NCBI GenBank assembly: GCA_965277805.1
Contig: OZ255842.1
Location: forward strand, 5,440,001 to 5,504,000
Origin: Candidatus Lustribacter sp.
Lineage (GTDB): Bacteria > Vulcanimicrobiota > Vulcanimicrobiia > Vulcanimicrobiales > Vulcanimicrobiaceae
Length of the DNA stretch: 64,000 bases
Reading direction: 5' to 3'
Positions 55,448 to 64,000 of this stretch are shown piece after piece. The stretch's first letter is position 1. Every line of letters starts with the position of its first letter. Position numbers and translations under genes: made by a program. Under the pieces are notes generated by a model. The model did no database searches and had not been told where the DNA came from. It saw only the letters and a program-made list of their open reading frames with translations.

Positions 55448-56577
55448 AATTCTACCAGCGCGCGCATCGCATCGCGCATGCGGTCGGTCGAAATCATGAA
55501 CGCGTCCTCGAGCGGTTTGGCGTAGCCCATTGCCGGAACGTCCGGACCGCACAAGCGCCGGATAGGAGCGTCGAGGTCGAACAGCGCCTCTTCCGACACC
55601 ATCGCGCTGATCTCGGCACCGATGCCGCCGAACTTGTTGTCTTCGTGAATGATCAAGAGCTTGCGCGTCTTGCGCACGCTGGTAAGAATCGTGGTCTTAT
55701 CCATCGGCCGGATCGAGCGCAGGTCGATCACTTCGATCGACAGCCCTTCGGTCTCGAGCTGTGCCGCGGCCTCGAGCGCTTGGTGCAAGTTGTAGCCGTA
55801 CGAAACGACCGTCGCTTGCGTGCCCGTTTTCTTCACGTCGGCTTTGCCGATCGGGATCGTAAAGTGGCCTTCCGGCACTTCGCCTTTCACCGAACGGTAC
55901 GTCTTCTTGTGTTCGAGGAAGAGCACCGGATCGGGATCCTCGATCGCTGCCGTCAACAACCCCTTGATGTCCCGCGGCGTCGACGGCGCCACGATCTTCA
56001 GCCCTGGCACGTGGTAGAACAGCGCTTCGATGGACACCGAGTGCGAGAGCGCCCCGTGCACTCCGCCGCCGTACGGCGTACGGATGACCAGCGGGCAACT
56101 GTAATCCCCGTTGGAGCGGTAGCGCGTCTTGGCCGCCTCGCCGACGATCTGGTTGAACGCCGGATAGATGAAGTCGGCGAACTGAATCTCCGCGATCGGC
56201 CGCAATCCTTGCATCGCCATGCCGACCGCGATGCCCACGATCGAGGCCTCGGCAAGCGGCATATCGATCACGCGCTTGGGGCCGAACTCTTCGAGAAATC
56301 CGGTCGTGATCAAGAAGACGTTGCCGCGTACGCCCACGTCTTCACCCATCACCAGCACGCGCTCATCGGCAACCATCGCATCGTGCAACGTCATACGCAC
56401 GGCCTCGACGTTTGTAAGGCGCTGCGCCCCAGGCTGCGCGCCCCCCACTTCGTGGGTCATGGATTCGCTTCGCGAATCCCCCGACGCGTCCGAGCTCGCA
56501 TCGAACCCTGGTACTGGTTCACGATCCTGCTGCGCTCGCTCCGGCACCATGTTAGTGGTGTCGCTCACTCGAGCCAC
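55444..56577 (-). CDS. Branched-chain 2-oxo-acid dehydrogenase E1 beta subunit with N-terminal extension
   Basis: GEDVG, EIQFADF and RYRSNG....P...PYGGGVHG..SHS resemble Bacillus BkdAB. Confidence 0.92.
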   Translation of the reverse strand: MARVSDTTNMVPERAQQDREPVPGFDASSDASGDSRSESMTHEVGGAQPGAQRLTNVEAVRMTLHDAMVADERVLVMGEDVGVRGNVFLITTGFLEEFGPKRVIDMPLAEASIVGIAVGMAMQGLRPIAEIQFADFIYPAFNQIVGEAAKTRYRSNGDYSCPLVIRTPYGGGVHGALSHSVSIEALFYHVPGLKIVAPSTPRDIKGLLTAAIEDPDPVLFLEHKKTYRSVKGEVPEGHFTIPIGKADVKKTGTQATVVSYGYNLHQALEAAAQLETEGLSIEVIDLRSIRPMDKTTILTSVRKTRKLLIIHEDNKFGGIGAEISAMVSEEALFDLDAPIRRLCGPDVPAMGYAKPLEDAFMISTDRMRDAMRALVEF

Positions 56578-57593
56578 GGCTCGTAGGCGGCGCCGGCATA
56601 CAAATGCGTCGTCATGTCGTCGACCGACGGATAGGGCAGCGCTTCGGCATCGTCGGTGGCGTCGTTCGCGAGCCGCAGCACGTCGGCTTTCATCTTCGCG
56701 ACGGATTCGTCAGTGATGAGGCCGGCTTCGAGCAAAACTTGCTGGTACTTCGGCACCGGGTCGTCGTCGCGCTGGTGCGCGAGTTCTTCGCGATCGCGAT
56801 ATACGCGGTCGTCATCGTCGGTCGAGTGGGCGAGAAGCCGGTAGCACTTGGCCTCGACCAGCGTCGGGCCGCCGCCGCTGCGCGCGCGGTCCATCGCGAC
56901 CTTCATCGCGCGATAGGTGGCGATCGGATCGGTGCCGTCGCAAATTAGTCCCGGCAGCCCGTAGCCGGACGCTTTGTCGGCGACGTCGACGATCGCCATT
57001 TGCTTCGATTGCGGCGTCGAGATCGCCCAGCCGTTGTTCTGCACGAGAAAGACGATCGGTAATTTGTGAACGGCCGAAAAGTTGATCGCCTCGTGCCATT
57101 CGCCTTCGCTCGTCGCGCCCTCGCCGGTCGAACACAGCACCGCGCGTCCGCTCTCGCCATGATAGTTCAGCGCGTATGCGGCGCCGGCGGCGTGCGGGCA
57201 GTGCGCGGCGATGATCGATGAGATCGAGAGCACGCCGCGATCGCGCGCGGTGTAGTGGTTGGGAAATTGACGGCCGCCCGAGACGTCGGCTTCGCGCGCG
57301 AACATGTTGTTGAGCAGATCGAGCGGCGTGATGCCGACGCCGAGCACGAGGCCCAAATCGCGATAGTAGGGCGCGAGGATGTCGTTGCCGCGCACGAACG
57401 CCATCGCGGCGCCGGCCTGGAGCGCTTCGTGGCCTTCGCTGCCGAGGGCGAACGGGATCTTGCCTTGACGGTTCAACTGGAAGCCGCGGTTGTCGAGCTG
57501 ACGCTGCAGCAGCATGTTCCAGAGCATCGCGACGAGCTGCTCGTCGCTGAGCCCGCCCCGATCGAGCGCTCGGGCCGTGACCGTTTTTGCCAT
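56565..57593 (-). CDS. Branched-chain 2-oxo-acid dehydrogenase E1 alpha subunit
   Basis: RQGKIPF, PYYRD, GEGATSEG...NN TPP motif and HSTDDD. Confidence 0.92.
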   Translation of the reverse strand: MAKTVTARALDRGGLSDEQLVAMLWNMLLQRQLDNRGFQLNRQGKIPFALGSEGHEALQAGAAMAFVRGNDILAPYYRDLGLVLGVGITPLDLLNNMFAREADVSGGRQFPNHYTARDRGVLSISSIIAAHCPHAAGAAYALNYHGESGRAVLCSTGEGATSEGEWHEAINFSAVHKLPIVFLVQNNGWAISTPQSKQMAIVDVADKASGYGLPGLICDGTDPIATYRAMKVAMDRARSGGGPTLVEAKCYRLLAHSTDDDDRVYRDREELAHQRDDDPVPKYQQVLLEAGLITDESVAKMKADVLRLANDATDDAEALPYPSVDDMTTHLYAGAAYEPWLE

Positions 57594-57672
57594 TGGGCAC
57601 CTATTTGCCGAAAGAGCCGCCGATACTCTGCCCGCGAGGGGCAGCCTGCGGGCCCTTGAACTGTGGGTACCC

Positions 57673-58830
57673 ATGCCGGCACCGGAAACAATCCCGCACG
57701 ATGAAATGGTCCGCGCGCGGCGCCGTTTGCATGTGAGCCCGGAACTCTCGCTGGTCGAGTTCGACACGGCGCGGTTCGTGGCCGATACGCTCGGCACGTA
57801 CGGCCTCGACGAGGTACGCACCCAGATCGGCCAGACCGGTGTGCTCGGGACCCTGGTGGGCGGCCGGCCCGGACCAGTGACGCTGCTGCGCGCCGACATG
57901 GACGCGCTGCCGATCCGCGAGCTCAACGCCGTCGACTACGTCTCGGCCCGCGAGGGCGTGATGCACGCTTGCGGCCACGACGGGCACGTCGCGATTTTGC
58001 TTGCTGCCGCCAAGACCCTCGCCGAGCGCCGCAGCGAGATCGCCGGCACGCTGGTATTTTGCTTTCAGCCGGGCGAAGAGGGCGCGGCCGGCAACCGGCT
58101 GATGATCGAAGACGGCGCGCTCGAGAACCCGCACGTCGACCGGACCTTCGCGCTCCACCTCTACAGCGGGCTTGACGTCGGCCGGATCGGCGTCCGCGAC
58201 GGCGCGTTTTTCGCCTCGGCCGACGAGTTCATCCTGACGATCCGCGGGCGCGGCGGGCACGGCGCGATGCCGCAGAATTCGGTCGACCCGATCGTGGCCG
58301 GCGCGCACATCGTCACGATGCTGCAGACGATCGTCAGCCGCGAGATCGCCCCCAAAGACCCGGCCGTGTTCACGGTCGGCCAGTTCACCAGCGGCACGAC
58401 CTTCAACGTCATTCCCGACGAGGCGCTGCTCAAAGGGACGGTCCGGGCCTTCGACGCCGGGGTGCGGGCAAGTATGCCCGAGCGTCTGCGCCGGATCGCG
58501 GGCGGCCTGGCCGAGGCCCTGCGGGTCGAGATCGAGGTCGACTACCGTTGGTCGTACCCGCCGACGGTCAATGCCGTCGAGCCGAACGATGTGGTCCGCG
58601 CGGTCGGCCGGGAGCTGCTGGGGGCGGAAAACGTGGTCGAGCACGACATCGTGATGTGGGCCGAGGACATGTCGTTCATGCAGGAACTGCGCCCGGGCGC
58701 CTACTTTATCGTCGGCTCACGGGGCGGCGACGCCAGCGCGTACCCGCACCACAATGCCCGGTTCGACATCGACGAGCGCTCGCTTGACGTCGGCTACCGG
58801 ATGATGGTCGCCTTGGGAATGAGTTCCTAA
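57673..58830 (+). CDS. M20D amidohydrolase (N-acyl-amino acid hydrolase-like)
   Basis: LRADMDALP, MHACGHDGH, FQPGEEG, GGHGAMP, EDMS and HHN motifs. Confidence 0.92.
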   Translation: MPAPETIPHDEMVRARRRLHVSPELSLVEFDTARFVADTLGTYGLDEVRTQIGQTGVLGTLVGGRPGPVTLLRADMDALPIRELNAVDYVSAREGVMHACGHDGHVAILLAAAKTLAERRSEIAGTLVFCFQPGEEGAAGNRLMIEDGALENPHVDRTFALHLYSGLDVGRIGVRDGAFFASADEFILTIRGRGGHGAMPQNSVDPIVAGAHIVTMLQTIVSREIAPKDPAVFTVGQFTSGTTFNVIPDEALLKGTVRAFDAGVRASMPERLRRIAGGLAEALRVEIEVDYRWSYPPTVNAVEPNDVVRAVGRELLGAENVVEHDIVMWAEDMSFMQELRPGAYFIVGSRGGDASAYPHHNARFDIDERSLDVGYRMMVALGMSS

Positions 58831-58915
58831 ACAACGCGCATCCTAAGAAAGACGTCTTCATTTCGACCTTTGCCTAGTGACGGAACGAGGCCTAATGGCC
58901 TAAAGTAAAGGTTCA

Positions 58916-63151
<4,236 letters not shown>

Positions 63152-63499
63152 CGGCCTTCGCGGCTTGATGCACTGCTTGCCGGGCGTTCTCGGCGAGCGG
63201 GGCTAAGCCGGCCTGAGCGCCTGCGGCGCCTTTCGTGAGAACGTCCTGGGCCGTGCTGATGAACGTCGTCAGGTGACCCTTGGCGGTCTCGAGGTGCGCC
63301 TGCGCGGCCTCGCCGTACTGCGGCGCCTGCTCGATCAGGGTCTTCTGGAGATCTTGCGCCTTCGTCATCGCGTCGGAAACGAGCGGCTTCGCTTGCTCAG
63401 CCCCCTTGATGGCGGCGTCGGCGACGGATTGCTGCAGGGCGCGGGCGCTCTCGAGGGCTTTGTTCACGAAATCGTTGTTCACGTTTACTCCTTGGACAA

Positions 63500-63844
63500 T
63501 TAGGGGGAATCGCGTTCCGTTACCGTCAGTACCCAGCGAAGAGCACGTCCGTACTGGTCCAGCTCTCTGGCGGTACGGGCCAGCCAACGGAAAGTTGCAT
63601 CGTCATTGACCTTCCGACCTTCGGCATCGTCGAGGCTGCGGATGAATGTCATGATAGCTTCGAGCTGCCGCTCAAGCTGCTCCCAGCGCTCGCGTAGCGT
63701 TCGCTCTGAGGCATCGGGCAGGCGGTCCAGGACCGGCGGTGACGGAAGCTGCGGGTTCTGCGAGGCGAATTCGAGCCGCGCTAGAGAGTAGTCGCTACTT
63801 CGCGTGATAAATGAACTAAGCGCGCGAACCAGCTTCTGGTCCAT
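63500..63844 (-). CDS. Hypothetical helical protein
   Basis: 114-aa ORF with ATG start, co-oriented with the downstream gene. Confidence 0.65.
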   Translation of the reverse strand: MDQKLVRALSSFITRSSDYSLARLEFASQNPQLPSPPVLDRLPDASERTLRERWEQLERQLEAIMTFIRSLDDAEGRKVNDDATFRWLARTARELDQYGRALRWVLTVTERDSP

Positions 63845-63875
63845 ACGTAGTATTTAGGGAGAAACGAACAAATCC

Positions 63876-64000
63876 ATGGCAGAACGCCGGTATGTCATCA
63901 TCGGGAATGGGTTCGCAGGGACGACTTGCGCGGAACAGTTGCGCAAGATCGACGCTTCGGCGTCGATTATCATGTTTGCCGATGAGCCGTATCCGCTCTA
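63876..64000 (+). CDS. NAD(P)/FAD-dependent oxidoreductase, N-terminus (runs off the window)
   Basis: MAERRYVIIGNGFAGTTCAEQLRK...ADEPYP Rossmann start. Confidence 0.8.
   Translation, partial: MAERRYVIIGNGFAGTTCAEQLRKIDASASIIMFADEPYPL

Overview
High-GC bacterial chromosomal segment. Gene style and content (copper-amine-oxidase 'stalk' domain proteins, Pro/Thr-linker lipoproteins, KGG stress protein, Bacillus-like ykuU/ykuV, ytpB and bkd genes in a high-GC background) suggest Ca. Eremiobacterota/Vulcanimicrobiota, which is an inference only. The window holds about 58 densely packed CDSs and one tRNA-Leu(GAG); I saw no CRISPR array, integrase or transposase. Most genes are housekeeping or metabolic (trxB, pepN, dacB, malic enzyme, queD/queE, glcD/glcE, branched-chain keto-acid dehydrogenase, gltB, transporters). 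Best candidate for an undescribed system: a stand-alone polytopic membrane protein (5221-6366) carrying two metal motifs that match the PmoC/AmoC CuC and CuD sites in sequence and spacing, head-to-head with a lipoprotein-Sco copper chaperone fusion and with no pmoA/pmoB in the window. Other notable items: an SdhA-like flavoprotein/mini-[2Fe-2S]/UbiD operon; short palindromic repeats inserted in the coding linkers of the bkd E2 and E1-beta genes, with a frameshift or split in E2; a YtpB-type terpene synthase inside a glcDE operon; several apparent pseudo-enzymes; SigB-like promoters; a 7-1-7 Fur-family box; and C-rich, G-poor gene ends at convergent junctions. All family assignments come from motif recognition by eye, not from database searches.
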